Position numbers and translations under genes: made by a program. Source: an uncultured Planctomycetota bacterium (GTDB taxonomy: Bacteria > Planctomycetota > Planctomycetia > Pirellulales > Lacipirellulaceae). From it: a DNA stretch of 64,000 nucleotides. The stretch spans positions 1,504,001 through 1,568,000 of the forward strand of contig CAVRBU010000002.1 in assembly GCA_963719315.1 (NCBI GenBank), in the 5' to 3' direction. Of the stretch, positions 30,489-42,379 are shown piece after piece; within the stretch, counting starts at the first letter, position 1, and the number at the start of each line of letters is the position of its first letter. The notes beneath the pieces are model-generated. The model ran no database searches and had not been told where the DNA came from. It worked only from the letters and a program-made list of their open reading frames with translations.

Positions 30489-32116
30489 TCACTCAGCCGC
30501 GTCCCACCACCAAGCTTCCGCCGCTAATTCTTTCGGCGGAGGTGCCGTTCGCTCGATCGCGACTCCTGTACTATCCGTCGCGCGTGCTTCCTTCAATACA
30601 TCGCTGGGCGCGACCATCACACCGCCACTCACGCCGGCTAGAATCGTCCGCTGATTGATCACGCGATGATTGATGACGGTCTCCACCTCGCGGGGCACGT
30701 TGCCGTGCGGCAATCGCAATTGAGTTCCGTTCGCGAATATCGTTGGCTTCCAACCGACTTTTTCCGCCAGTCTGTCGCTCTGGATAATAGCCGCCGCCAT
30801 GGCCAAATCAAACATATTTCTTAGCTCCCCGTACACCGGATACTTTTGGGAAAGCTCGCCGAAATGGGCCGTGAACGACTCGGCAAACTGGCGATTGAGC
30901 GGATCGCTGTGGCCCGTATGCACGCGCTGGCCTTGCTCGGCCAGCATCTCGTTTTCGCTGAGCACTCCCACGCCTTGGCCAACTAACTCAAACGCGTCGT
31001 TCGCCTCCGACCGCGCGATCGTGTCGTATTTCAACGTGAACCACCACCGCAGCACCGACATCGCGGGCGGCGATTCGCCGTGCCGCAAGTGGATCGAACT
31101 CAAGTAGCTCTCAACGCCGTCCACGCCCTCGGCCAGGCCCATGCCGATCAGCTTCATGTGATAATCGGCTTCCACCAGAATTCTGGCGACGCGGCTTGCC
31201 GGGTCGATACCGAAGATTTCGATGTCCTGTCGGCCGACCGTGTCGCGCAAATCACTGAGCCACTTCTTCCTTTGCCCCGGCTCGAGCGGCTTCTGGCTCG
31301 ACGACGCCAAAAACGCTTGCGTCTTGGCCAGCGATGCTTGCCGCGGATTGATCGAACAGCCAAAGTGGCTGTTCGCCGCGTCCGGTCCGCGCCGCAGCAA
31401 CACGAGCAGATCATCGAGCCGCACGACCGGTTCAAGCGTCTTCTTGGAAACGATGCGACCATCGTCATCAACTTTCCAATCACCCGCCGGGCCGGCGAGC
31501 ACCAAATCCCCCGACTCCGGATACGCAAACACATATTTCACGCGTTGCAAGCCGGCGAGCGTAAGCATCGCAGGGTCCAGCGGTTTGTGCGCCGCTTGCC
31601 GCGCGCGATCTCGCGCTCCAGTCGCGGCAACGACACAAAGCGTAGCGTGCTGGCCTTCGATGCCAGTCGTGGTTGGTTCGCGTACGGAGGCGGGGCCGCG
31701 CCACGCTTTGCGGTGAGATCGCTCGCGCCTTGTGTTTTGGATTTGAGCCGCAACATTCCGCCCGCGTCCACGAGCACGCCGTTGGGGAATGGTCGAATAT
31801 CGGCCGAACCGCCGCCGTTCTCCATCCACGTATCGGTGGCAACGGTGGATTGAATCAAATCGATAAGCGAATCGAAATCGGCATTCGCCGCGGCGCCTCG
31901 CTGCGGAGTTCCATTCTGTCCCATGTTGCCATTTGCATTCGGACCGAACAGGAACCCGTTCTGCTGACCGCCAGGTAGGATCGCCGCGTTGGGAATGTTG
32001 GGACCGTTCTGCCCAGGAGCGTTATTGTTGAATTGAGCAGACGAAGTGGCGCTGAGAAGTAGTGCGAAGCCGCCGGCGATGGCGAAATGCCAAGGTGAGA
32101 AGTAATTGGTGCCCAT
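30489..32116 (-). CDS. DUF1598-family protein, apparent frameshift near 31604
   Basis: Signal peptide; ADFDSLIDLIQST; LRFVSLPRLE then LAGLQRVKYVFAYPESGDLVLAGPA; VEADYHMKLIGMG. Confidence 0.82.
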
Positions 32117-32472
32117 GGCTGCCCTCTGTGGATTTCTGCCCTAATCGTAATCCATTGGGTTCTTTATTCCCATAATTTGGGTAGAATTAGCGACATGACG
32201 GTCCTTTTTGTTGGAGAGCCAGGCAATCTGGGAATCCGTCGAGATACTGGCTCCCTCCGGTTTTCAAGATGCAAACTGGGCTAAGTCAGGATAGAATAAG
32301 CCACGCGAACACTGAGGATAGTTAGACCCCCACCCAAACCGCTCGCTGCCCTTGGCGGGCTCGATTCCCTCCCAAGTGGCCGCCAGCCGGTTGCTCGATT
32401 CGCCACTCCCACCAAGTTTTGCAGGCGTTTTTTACTATCTCGTTGTCGCAGCGAAAGGTGCTCCCACACCCG

Positions 32473-35196
32473 ATGCACTCCGACAGGCCATTTCTGTTGC
32501 GGGCTGTATGCGTCCTGCTGTGGGGCGCGTACGTTGCTCGACCCGCACCCGCCGCCGAGCCAGCTCCTCCGGCTCCGTCAGCGTCGTCGCCGCAAGGCGT
32601 CGAGTTCTTCGAGGCCCGTATCCGCCCGGTACTCGTCGAAAAGTGCTACAGTTGCCACTCTGCCCAGGCCAAAGTGTTGAAGGCCGGCCTGCGGCTGGAT
32701 ACAGCTGAACGAATGCGGGCCGGCGGCGAATCGGGCCCCGTAATCGTGCCCAATAAGCCCGCCGACAGCCCGCTGATTGCGGCTCTAAAGTACGAGTCAA
32801 GCGAGATGCCGCCCAGCGGCAGGCTGCCGAATGCTGTGATCCACGATTTCGAGACGTGGATTTCGCTCGGCGCGCCCGACCCCCGCGCCGATGCGGCTGC
32901 CCCAGACACGAAGAACGCGAAACCCGATCCCCGCGAGCATTGGGCGTACAAGCAACCGCAAAAGTCGGCGCCGCCGCAAATCGCTCACGCCGCCACCGCT
33001 CGCTGCGATCTCGATCGCTTCATTCTGGCGAGACTCGAATCCAAAAATCTGTCGCCATCGCCCCAAGCTCCGCCCCGCGCCTTGCTGCGGCGTGTGTATT
33101 ACGATTTAGTCGGCATGCCACCCACGGCCGAAGAAATAGATCAATTCGCCTCCGACCCCAGCGACGCCCGCTATGAAGCGATCGTCGATCGGCTCCTCGC
33201 GTCGCCGCGCTTCGGCGAGCGTTGGGCTCGCCACTGGCTGGATGTGGCCCGATATGCCGACACGAAGGGTTACGTCTTCCAGGAGGACCGCAGCTACAAG
33301 GGCGGTTACGCGTACCGCGATTGGGTCATCGCCAGCTTCAACGCCGATCGGCCGTTCGACAAATTCATTATCGCCCAAATCGCCGGCGACCAAATGGATG
33401 ATCCATCCTGGGCGCCGGCCTCCGGTTTTCTGACGCTCGGCCGCCGCTTCCTGAACGCACAACCCGATATCATCAACGACCGCATCGATGTCGTTTCGCG
33501 CGGCATCATGGGCCTCACTGTCGCTTGCGCTCGTTGCCACGACCACAAGTACGATCCGATCAGCGCCGCCGACTACTACGCTCTGTACGGTGTATTTGCC
33601 AGCACGACCGAAAAACCGCACGACGATGCGCCGCCGGAATTGGTCGATGCCGACAAGCCGTATGACCCGTATATCTTCCTTCGCGGCGATCCAGGCAACC
33701 ACGGCCCGAACACCGAGAGACGATTCCTCACGTGCCTCTCGCCCGATAACAAACCCGCTCCGTTCACGCACGGCAGCGGCCGACGCGAGTTGGCCGACGC
33801 TCTTACCAGCCGCGAGAACCCGCTAACCGCGCGTGTGTGGGTGAACCGAGTCTGGGGCCATCTATTCGGAAAGGGCCTCGTGGAAACGCCGAGCGACTTC
33901 GGCGTTCGCGGCACGCCGCCGACGCATCCGGAACTGCTCGATACGCTCGTCTGCGATTTGATGGACGATGGCTGGTCCACGAAGCGACTCATTCGCCGGC
34001 TTGTGCTTTCGGCCACGTATCGTCAATCGAGTGACGCGCGCGCCGATGGCGAAGCCATCGACTCGGAAAATCGCCTCTTGTGGCGCGCCAATCGCCGCCG
34101 GCTCGATCTGGAAGCACTCCGCGACTCGCTGCTCGCCGTCGCCGGTCGGCTGGACGAGAAAATGGGCGGCCCCTCCGTCTCGATCACCGACGCTCCCTTC
34201 TCCACTCGCCGGAGCGTCTATGGCTATATCGAACGCCAAAATCTGCCCGCCTTCTTCCGCACATTCGATTTTGCGAACCCAAATACGCACACGCCCGAAC
34301 GTCCGCTGACAACCGCCCCTCAACAAGCTCTGTTCCTAATGAACAGCCCCTTCACAATCGAACAAGCCAGCTTCCTTTCGACGCGTAGCGAACTTGAGCC
34401 CCAACCCAGTGTGCCTGGGGTCGAGCCGCAGGCGAGCCCCCAGGATGTAGCCACTTCATCTCCAATTCAAAACGCCGCAGCCTCCCGCGTCCGCCGCATT
34501 AATCGCCTCTTCCGCTACGCGTTCGGTCGCGAGCCGTCGATCGACGAATTGACCGACGCCCTCGAATTCGTCGATCGTGGCGAACCCCCGCAATTCGCAA
34601 CAATCACGCACCAACTCGCCTGGCAATTCGGCTGGGGCTCGTACGACGAGCAGGCGCACGACGTGCAATTTCAACCTCTGCCAGTGTTCGCCAATGGTGT
34701 TTGGCAGGGCGAAGCGAAGCTGCCCGACGCCAAGCTCGGTTGGGTCATGCTCAATGCCGCGGGCGGACACCCAGGCGACGCCGCCCATTCCTCTATCCGC
34801 CGTTGGGTCGCGCCCGCGGCCGGCACGCTCCGCATTGAAGGCTTGCTCGCCCACGCGTTCGACAAGGGCGACGGCGTCCGCGGTCGCATCATCGCCAGCC
34901 GCGTCGGCGTGATCGGATCCTGGGATGTGTTCCACAAAGAAGAGGTAATCAATCCACCGCAGTTCGCCGTCCAACGGGGCGACACGATCGACTTCATCGT
35001 CGATCCGCGCGCGACCGTCGACACAGATACCTACAATTGGACGCTCACCATGCGACTAAAGACTTCGGACAAAGAACCAGAACAAGTCTGGCAATCGGCA
35101 GGCGATTTCCACGGGCCGATCACGCCGCCGCTCTCCCGCTGGCAGCAACTGGCCCAAGTGCTCCTAATGAGCAATGAGTTTGTATATGTGGACTAG
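32473..35196 (+). CDS. Planctomycete cytochrome c / DUF1549 (PSD2) / DUF1553 (PSD1) protein
   Basis: CYSCH, FGERWARHWLDVARYADT, CARCHDHKYDP, NPLTARVWVNRVW and PTHPELLD. Confidence 0.92.
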   Translation: MHSDRPFLLRAVCVLLWGAYVARPAPAAEPAPPAPSASSPQGVEFFEARIRPVLVEKCYSCHSAQAKVLKAGLRLDTAERMRAGGESGPVIVPNKPADSPLIAALKYESSEMPPSGRLPNAVIHDFETWISLGAPDPRADAAAPDTKNAKPDPREHWAYKQPQKSAPPQIAHAATARCDLDRFILARLESKNLSPSPQAPPRALLRRVYYDLVGMPPTAEEIDQFASDPSDARYEAIVDRLLASPRFGERWARHWLDVARYADTKGYVFQEDRSYKGGYAYRDWVIASFNADRPFDKFIIAQIAGDQMDDPSWAPASGFLTLGRRFLNAQPDIINDRIDVVSRGIMGLTVACARCHDHKYDPISAADYYALYGVFASTTEKPHDDAPPELVDADKPYDPYIFLRGDPGNHGPNTERRFLTCLSPDNKPAPFTHGSGRRELADALTSRENPLTARVWVNRVWGHLFGKGLVETPSDFGVRGTPPTHPELLDTLVCDLMDDGWSTKRLIRRLVLSATYRQSSDARADGEAIDSENRLLWRANRRRLDLEALRDSLLAVAGRLDEKMGGPSVSITDAPFSTRRSVYGYIERQNLPAFFRTFDFANPNTHTPERPLTTAPQQALFLMNSPFTIEQASFLSTRSELEPQPSVPGVEPQASPQDVATSSPIQNAAASRVRRINRLFRYAFGREPSIDELTDALEFVDRGEPPQFATITHQLAWQFGWGSYDEQAHDVQFQPLPVFANGVWQGEAKLPDAKLGWVMLNAAGGHPGDAAHSSIRRWVAPAAGTLRIEGLLAHAFDKGDGVRGRIIASRVGVIGSWDVFHKEEVINPPQFAVQRGDTIDFIVDPRATVDTDTYNWTLTMRLKTSDKEPEQVWQSAGDFHGPITPPLSRWQQLAQVLLMSNEFVYVD

Positions 35197-35258
35197 TAGG
35201 GTGGGCATCGCCCACCAATGAAGAATGTTGAAGTTTTGGTGGACGTTGCCCACCCCAC
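35196..35258. repeat. GTAG-type REP doublet
   Basis: GTAGGGTGGGCATCGCCCACCA and an inverted copy TGGTGGACGTTGCCCACCCCAC. Confidence 0.7.
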
Positions 35259-35272
35259 AATAAGGTCGAATC

Positions 35273-36709
35273 ATGTCCCATACATTTCAACTAGACCATT
35301 TGGCCCTCACCCGCCGCGAACTCCTCCAGCGTTGCGGCATGGGCTTCGGTGCGCTCGCTCTGGGTAATCTGATCGTTGGCGCTCAGACCGCATCCGCCGC
35401 GAGTACGAACCCGCTTTTGCCGCACGCGCCCCATTTTCCGGCCAAGGCCAAACACGTCATTCACCTGTTCATGAACGGCGGGCCGTCCCACGTCGATACG
35501 TTCGACCCCAAGCCAATGCTCGACAAATACGCCGGCAAGCCGCTTCCCGGCGGCACGCTGCCGACCGAGCGACCGACCGGGGCTGCCCTCCCGTCGCCGT
35601 TTAAGTTCCGCAAGTATGGCCAAAGCGGCATCGAAGTCAGCGACATTTTCCATAACGTCGGGAACTCGATCGACGATATCGCCGTCATCCGCTCCATGCA
35701 TGCCGACATTCCGAGCCACGAGGCGTCGCTGTTGCTGATGAATTGCGGCGACGCCCGGCAGATTCGCCCCAGTCTCGGCTCCTGGCTGTGCTACGGCCTG
35801 GGGAGCGAGAACGAGAACCTGCCGGCGTTTGTGGCGATGTGCCCGCATGGATATCCAATTCAAGAAACGCAAAACTGGCAATCCGGTTTCTTGCCGGGTG
35901 TGTACGAAGGATCGTACGTCGATACACAGCACACCAAGATCGAACAGCTCATCGAGCACATCCGCAACGGCCGACTCTCGCTGCCGCAGCAGCGCGAACA
36001 ACTCGATTTGCTGGAACGATTCAACGCCCGCCATGCCCAGGCACGGCACGACGATGCGGCACTGGAGGCTCGCATCCGTTCGTTCGAGCTCGGTTTCCGC
36101 ATGCAGACCGAGGCGGCCGAAGCATTCGACGTCCGCCGCGAGCCGCAGCACATCCGCGACATGTACGGCCCCGGCGTGCAGGCCCGGCAACTACTCATTG
36201 CCCGCCGGCTGGTCGAGCGGGGCGTGCGGTTCGTTCAGTTGTGGCACGGCGCCGGCCAGCCCTGGGATAGCCACGACGACCTCGAAGTTCGCCACCGCGA
36301 GCTCGCCGGACAATGCGACCAAGCAATCGGCGCCTTGCTGGTGGATTTGAAGCAGCGGGGCCTGCTCGATGAGACACTCGTCATTTGGGGCGGCGAATTC
36401 GGCCGCACGCCTTCGGTCGAACTGCCGAAGGCCGGCTCAAATGCGGGCAAGATCAACGGCCGTGACCACAACCACCACGGCTTCACGACCTGGCTCGCCG
36501 GCGGCGGCGTCCGCGGTGGTTACGTACACGGCGCAACGGACGACCTGGGTTTCAAAGCAGTCGAAAAGCGGGTCCATGTGCACGATCTCCACGCCACGAT
36601 TCTGCACCTCCTGGGCTTCGACCACGAAAAGTTCACCTACCGCTACGCCGGCCGCGACTTCCGCCTGACCGATGTGGAAGGGCACGTCGTGCGGGAACTC
36701 ATTGCGTAG
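35273..36709 (+). CDS. DUF1501 protein (Tat substrate)
   Basis: TRRELL twin-Arg signal; FMNGGPSHVDTFDPKP, WGGEFGRTP and GRDH. Confidence 0.92.
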   Translation: MSHTFQLDHLALTRRELLQRCGMGFGALALGNLIVGAQTASAASTNPLLPHAPHFPAKAKHVIHLFMNGGPSHVDTFDPKPMLDKYAGKPLPGGTLPTERPTGAALPSPFKFRKYGQSGIEVSDIFHNVGNSIDDIAVIRSMHADIPSHEASLLLMNCGDARQIRPSLGSWLCYGLGSENENLPAFVAMCPHGYPIQETQNWQSGFLPGVYEGSYVDTQHTKIEQLIEHIRNGRLSLPQQREQLDLLERFNARHAQARHDDAALEARIRSFELGFRMQTEAAEAFDVRREPQHIRDMYGPGVQARQLLIARRLVERGVRFVQLWHGAGQPWDSHDDLEVRHRELAGQCDQAIGALLVDLKQRGLLDETLVIWGGEFGRTPSVELPKAGSNAGKINGRDHNHHGFTTWLAGGGVRGGYVHGATDDLGFKAVEKRVHVHDLHATILHLLGFDHEKFTYRYAGRDFRLTDVEGHVVRELIA

Positions 36710-37090
36710 ACTTCGTAGGCAAGTTGCGCCGAAATTTGCATTCCGGTAACAATTTCGCCGATTGAAGTTGTCACGATAGACGTAATCGAGGGTCGTTCGA
36801 CGACCCTTTCCCGCGGCTGCGGTCTTAGGCCCGCCGTTTACGGCGGGTCGATGAGGTCCCGAAACACGATGGGGAGCCCCATTCATGGGGCTTCTCGCAT
36901 TACTTTACGGCTGAAGCCATCGCCGCGAGAAGCCCTGTAAACAGGGCTTGGTGCTGCTCCGTTGACCCTCACCAACCCGTCGTCAACGACGGGCCTAAGA
37001 CCACCTTCGGTGGAAAGAGCCGTGAACGGCTCTGCAAGTCGCTAAACTGTTGCGCACTCCGAGTTTCGGAGAAGCTCGGCTGCATCCAAC

Positions 37091-37136
37091 GAAAAAAACG
37101 ACTCCCGCCGCTAGGACAGGAGTCGCTTGTTTTTTA
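37091..37136. terminator. Putative bidirectional terminator
   Basis: A-run, CGACTCC/GGAGTCG stem, T-run. Confidence 0.5.
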
Positions 37137-37235
37137 TCGTGCTCGCTTGCTGACCGCGGGATGCGGGTCGCAAGCTCGTCACGTTTTCTATTGTCGAGTT
37201 GTCACGCGCGGAGCTCTCGGCGCCGCGCCGCCAAC

Positions 37236-37756
37236 TTACTTGCCGCAACCGCAACTCGGTTGTTCGCAACCGCAGCTTTGCTCACAGCAGCTCGGCTCGC
37301 AGCAGCAGCTCTTGTGGCAGCGGAACATGCCACACAAGCCGTCGAGCAAGCAGCAGCGATGACGGCACGGCGAGCAGCAGTTCGATTCGCAACCGCAGCT
37401 CGGCTCACAAGCACAACTCTGCTCGCATGCGCAGCTCTGTTCGCAGCAGCAGCTCGGCTCGCAGCAGCTCTTGTGGCAACGGAACATGCCACACAGGCCA
37501 TCGAGCAAGCAGCAGCGGCGGGGGCAGCAGCTGGTTTGGCGGCCGCAGCTCGGTTCGCAAGCGCAGCTCTGCTCGCAAGCACAGCTCTGCTCGCAAGCGC
37601 AGCTCTGCTCGCAACGCAGCTTTGTTCACAACCACAGCTCGGCTCACAACAGCCGTTGCCGTGACCGCACAACAGACCGAAGAACGCATTCGCGCTTCCG
37701 GCACTGCTGAGCACCAGGGCGACGCTCAGCGTCGCAAAGGCAACACAACGTTTCAT
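37236..37756 (-). CDS. Secreted Cys-rich tandem-repeat protein, 1-nt frameshift near 37615
   Basis: Signal peptide MKRCVAFATLSVALVLSSAGSANA, then CEQSCA/CEPSCG repeats that continue in a second frame to ..GCGK*. Confidence 0.75.
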
Positions 37757-38086
37757 GGGAGGGCTCCTGACATAACGGGTGGGAAAAATGGGCGGAGGGT
37801 CTCGCGCCGCCGGAGGGTAAGAGATCGGAGATGGAAGGGCGCGTCGCCCCGTCCTCCGACCTCGGACCTCTAACCTAGGCAGGCCGAGGCCACGACGTGG
37901 TAAACGTCGTTAGGTGCTATCGTCGCGGTCCGAATGCTAGCTGAAGAATCCTCGACGAAATGCGCGATTTCCCAGGTGTAACGCTTGAACCGGTCGGCAC
38001 ATGGCGGTTATGTGGATTGCGTCGCTTCGTTCAATTGGTCCGTGCAAGTTCGGAGTTCGTGTGGCGGCATACAGTTGCCTGGCCCG

Positions 38087-40849
38087 TTACGACGATCGTT
38101 TGCCGCGTGGCCGCGCAGCCGGCATCAATGGGGCTGTTAGCTGCGCGTACAGCTTGAACAGGAATTCGACGCGGTTGCGTTCGTTGGCAAACGGCTGCGA
38201 GCGGTAGCAACGGTCCACGGCACGGTCGAGCTTGGCATGGGCCTTGGCCAAGCCGGCGGGCATTGCAAGGGGGTCGTAGAGGTCCGCGAGCGTAGCATCG
38301 GGGTGCGCGGCGCGGGCATCGAGCACACCCTGCGCCGCGTCCTCGACGGCCGCACGTTTCGCATCGGTTACATCCTGTGGCCAGGGGAAGTTGTTGTAGA
38401 CAAGTTTCGCGGAATAGCGGAAATCCGATTTGAGCCGCCCCGCCACATGCCGGACCCAGGCCATGTGCATCGTCGAGCTGAGAATGCCGAAGTGAAAGAG
38501 CTTTGCACCAGTAATCGTTAGGCAGAGATTACTTGCAATTGTATTGCTTTTCATGAAGCCTATGGGAATGTACCTTCGACGTTCGGAAGAGACAGAAGGA
38601 ACTATTAGATAGGGGCGATCCTTATGACTAACGAACGCAAACAAACTGGGAGTGTCCGCAAGGCCTCGAGTGACCGGTCGCTTGCTTTTTAGCCGAAATG
38701 CTCGGACGGCATTAATGCGCCCCATAATCAGAGGTGAGGATCGCAACTCATTGGGACTGGCATCCTTCAACCACAAACACCACCGTGCTATTGAATTGAT
38801 AAATTCACGAGATCCTAAGAAAGGACGAATCAGCCGTTACAATTCGGGGTGCTCGCTCAGGATGCATTGCCGCTCTTCCGGAGATAGGATTAAATGGCCG
38901 CCGTCGATTGGTTGATTCCCAAATTGCATTTCCGGGACCGCGCTTAAGGGGGTTGAACGGTTCAGCACCGTCACACTTGGTCCTTCGATAAGATAAGGAT
39001 TAATGGTGCTAACAAGGCTTGTGGTCGGTTCGCCGCGGAGCGACTCATAGTCGAAAAGTTTTTTCTGCCGTTGGTTACCAACTCCAAAGCCGATGATGAC
39101 GACATGAACATGTGCTTTGCCGCGAGCCTCACTCTCCCAAGCAAACGTGCGATGGGCGAAAAAAACTGAGATTCGATAGCGCTGCAGTAACTCCGGCCAC
39201 AGCACACCGACCTGTTCACCCTGCGAAATCGAATTTGTCGAGACAAACGCCACGGTGATCGGGGTTCCCTGGATATAAAGTGCAGCCTTGAAATACCAAC
39301 CAGTGACATAATCCAATAGTCCACCGTTCTTCACTCCATCCGCGACCTCTGAAATCTCTTGTCGCTGCGGATTTGTCTGAAACTTGGCGCCCACGAACGG
39401 CGGATTACCGAGAACATGCGTGCATTTCTCTGCCGGCAGCACGTCGTTCCAGTCGATTCGCAGGGCGTTGCCGTGGTGAATATGCGGACTTTTGTGGAGC
39501 GGCAAGCGGACATAATACTCGCCGAATTCCTCGCTGACGCGCTGGTTCATCTGGTGGTCCATCAGCCACATTGCCATTTCGGCGATTCGGACGGGCCACT
39601 CTTCGACCTCGATGCCGTACATTTGATCGACATCGAGCTTGAGCAAAGTGTTGATGTCGAGCCGTTTCTGCATGTTCGGCTTCTTGAAAAGCCGTCGAAG
39701 TAACTCCAATTCCAATATTCGCAGTTCGCGATACGACACGACCAGGAAATTGCCGCAGCCGCAGGCGGGATCGAGCAGCCGCATTTTGGCCATGCGTTCG
39801 TGCAGCGCACTCAGCTTGCGGGCGTCGCTACCCGCTTTTTCCAGGTCCGCTTTGAGGTCGTCGAGAAACAGCGGACCGATGACTTTGAGGATGTCGCGCT
39901 CGCTGGTGTAGTGGGCGCCGATTTGCCGACGTTCGCGGGGCTCCATCACGGCCTGAAACAACGCTCCGAATACGGCGGGCGAGATGCGGCTCCAGTCGAA
40001 GCGGGTGCAAGCCAGCAGCCGATTTCGCATGTCGCTGTTGAACTCGGCGAAGCTCAGCGATTCGACGTACAGTTCGCCGTTGACGTAGGGCAGGGCTGCC
40101 AGTTCTTCGAGCAGGTTTTTCTGCCGCTTGTCCTTGGCCGTGTTTAGCACCTGGAACAGCCGGGCGAGTTGCGGCCCCAGGTCGGAGCCATCGAGAGCGG
40201 TGTGGTTTTCGAGAAACAGCGTAAACGCGTCGCGGTCGAAAATGCCGGTGTCTTCGGCGAACAAGCAGAACAAGATGCGGACGAGCAGCCGTTCCAATTC
40301 GTGGCCCGAGTACCCGCCGCTTTCCAAGGCGTCGTGCAGATCACCCATGATCCGCACGGCCTTGATGTTGATCGGATCTTCCGGTTCGAGCTTCTGTTTG
40401 CGATGTCCGGCGATGAACCCGAAGTGGTTCACGTGCAGATGAAATTCGGACAGCGGGAATTCAATCGAGGTTTCATCGATCAAATCGTGCAGCGCAATGC
40501 GGGCGAAATCGGAGACGATCACGTATTGCGGCGCTTCGTCGCCGCGGCCTTCACGCGAGAGGTCTTGGATATAGTCGATCGCCTGCGCATGGGCTTTGCC
40601 GAGGTCTTCGCCGCGACTCTTGTGCTCGGCGATGAGAATCGCCTTCCAAAAGAGGTCGATGAAGCTGTAGTGGCCGCGGATGTTCTTGACCGGCTCCTCG
40701 AAGCTGGCCACATTGCGGCGGGTGAGGCCGAAGACCTTGAAGAACTCGTCCCAGAACGTCTTGGCCTCGGCGTGCTCGCGCGACTCGGCCGCCCACTCGC
40801 GGGAGAACGCCAGGGCGCGGCTGCGAATTTCGTTCCAGGAAATGGGCAA
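38087..40849 (-). pseudogene. MmeI-like (Type IIL / YeeA-like) fused endonuclease-methyltransferase with an in-frame TAA at 38837-38839
   Basis: IDLFWK..LIAEHKS nuclease motif; GAHYTSE, LDPACGCGNFL and GNPPF; after the stop, GRLKSDFRYS..VYNNFPWP and LADLYDP. Confidence 0.88.
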
Positions 40850-41049
40850 AGGGTAGGCTCCCCACTACGCGGCGGCAAGAATTGCCACTGTACAATTCGT
40901 CCGTAAGAGTATCCGACAATGCCGCGACTGTGAACCAGTCGCCGCATCGCAGACAAGGAGCGCACGTGCTGGAAGTGTGACGGAGCCTTAAGAAACGACG
41001 CAGAAATGACTTCGGCGAAGGCCATTCCAACGCTATGACTGAGCGTGAA

Positions 41050-42372
41050 CTACGCCAACCCGCTCAATGGCCCATCCCCGCAGAAATCGGGATTGCCGAA
41101 CTTCTCAATCCGGTGGCCAAAACCGTGCGCAAGCGACAGCAGCAGCCGGTTGTGCGGCACGCCCTTGTAGTCGCGGGCGCGGCCCATCTTGAAATCAAGA
41201 CCATTGCCAACGAACACAAACGGGATGTTGTCGAGCGTGTGCGTGTTGCCTTTGCCTAACTCGTTGGTCCACACGATCAGCGTGTTGTCGAGCAAACTAC
41301 CCTGTCCGCCGGGTTCCGGAGTATCGGCCAGCCGTTGCGCCAGGTAGGCGAGCTGCTCGCAGTACCATTTGTTGATGCGCGTCAGCTTGTCGCGGGCCGT
41401 CTCGTTGCTGTCCGGCTCGTGCGACAACTGATGGTGGCCCTCGTCGATGCCGAGCCAACGCATGCGAGCGCCGCCGACCGAATTCGTGTACTGCAGCGTC
41501 GCAATACGAGCATGGTCGGCGGCAAAGCTGCTCACGATCAGCTCGATTTGCAGCTTGCTGAGACGAGGGATATTGTCGTTTTCTTCCTTGACGCCCGGTT
41601 CCAACTGCGGCACCGCGTGGCCAATTTCCGGCGAAGCATCGGCCTTGAGTTCTTGTTCCATCTCACGCACGAATGTGGTGTGTTCCTCGAGCAACTGGCG
41701 ATCTTCGGCGCTCACGACGCGCTCCACTTTTTTGAAATCATCCTGCAGGTCATCCAGGATGCTCCGCAAACTTTCCTGGTCCTTCATCCGCCCGTAGAGC
41801 TTGGCGAACATTTGGTACGGATCGTCGATCGGCGCGAGCGGCTTGTTGGGCCCTGCGTACGACATCCGCGTCCAGGTGTCGGCCCGATCGGGCACCATCA
41901 CGCCGAACTCGAGCGACCCGAATCGCGTCCGCGTTTCGGGCTTGGCCTGCAAAAAATTCTTGATCTCCTGGTCGATCGAAATGCCCTTCGACCAACCGGC
42001 CGGCGTATCGGAGCCGCCCTGGATGTTGCCGGGAAAGAGCTCCGTGCCCGTCAACAGGCAGCCGATGCCGCGCATGTGGTTGTCGCCGTCGCCCCGGACT
42101 TTGTCGCCGATGCCGTGAAGCATGAGCGTTCGCTCCCGATACGCCTCGAGCGGCTTAAGGCTTTCTTTCAGCTCGAAGATCTTACCGAATTCATCCGGCC
42201 AGAAATGCTTCGGGATTACGCCGTTGGGGCTGAACATGATCACCAGTCGCTGCCGGCGTGCGGGCGCGGTGCTCGCAAACCCCAGGCTGGGCAAATTCAG
42301 CACGAACGGCACGGCCGCGGCGCCAACGCCCAGATTTCGCAAAAACTCACGCCGGGATGCGTAGGTGCTCAT
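41050..42372 (-). CDS. DUF1552 protein (Tat substrate)
   Basis: SRREFLR signal; MFSPNG, SIDQEI, HHQLSH and LLDNTLIVW. Confidence 0.88.
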   Translation of the reverse strand: MSTYASRREFLRNLGVGAAAVPFVLNLPSLGFASTAPARRQRLVIMFSPNGVIPKHFWPDEFGKIFELKESLKPLEAYRERTLMLHGIGDKVRGDGDNHMRGIGCLLTGTELFPGNIQGGSDTPAGWSKGISIDQEIKNFLQAKPETRTRFGSLEFGVMVPDRADTWTRMSYAGPNKPLAPIDDPYQMFAKLYGRMKDQESLRSILDDLQDDFKKVERVVSAEDRQLLEEHTTFVREMEQELKADASPEIGHAVPQLEPGVKEENDNIPRLSKLQIELIVSSFAADHARIATLQYTNSVGGARMRWLGIDEGHHQLSHEPDSNETARDKLTRINKWYCEQLAYLAQRLADTPEPGGQGSLLDNTLIVWTNELGKGNTHTLDNIPFVFVGNGLDFKMGRARDYKGVPHNRLLLSLAHGFGHRIEKFGNPDFCGDGPLSGLA

Positions 42373-42379
42373 AGGACTC

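Noticed and set aside
37240..37660. Tandem repeats as a possible CRISPR array
   Set aside because: The units are contiguous 18-mers encoding Cys-rich peptide, with no unique spacers and no cas genes in the window.
37050..37873. Long Ala/Ser/Arg-rich ORFs on the plus strand
   Set aside because: Shadow frames of the Cys-rich repeat gene.
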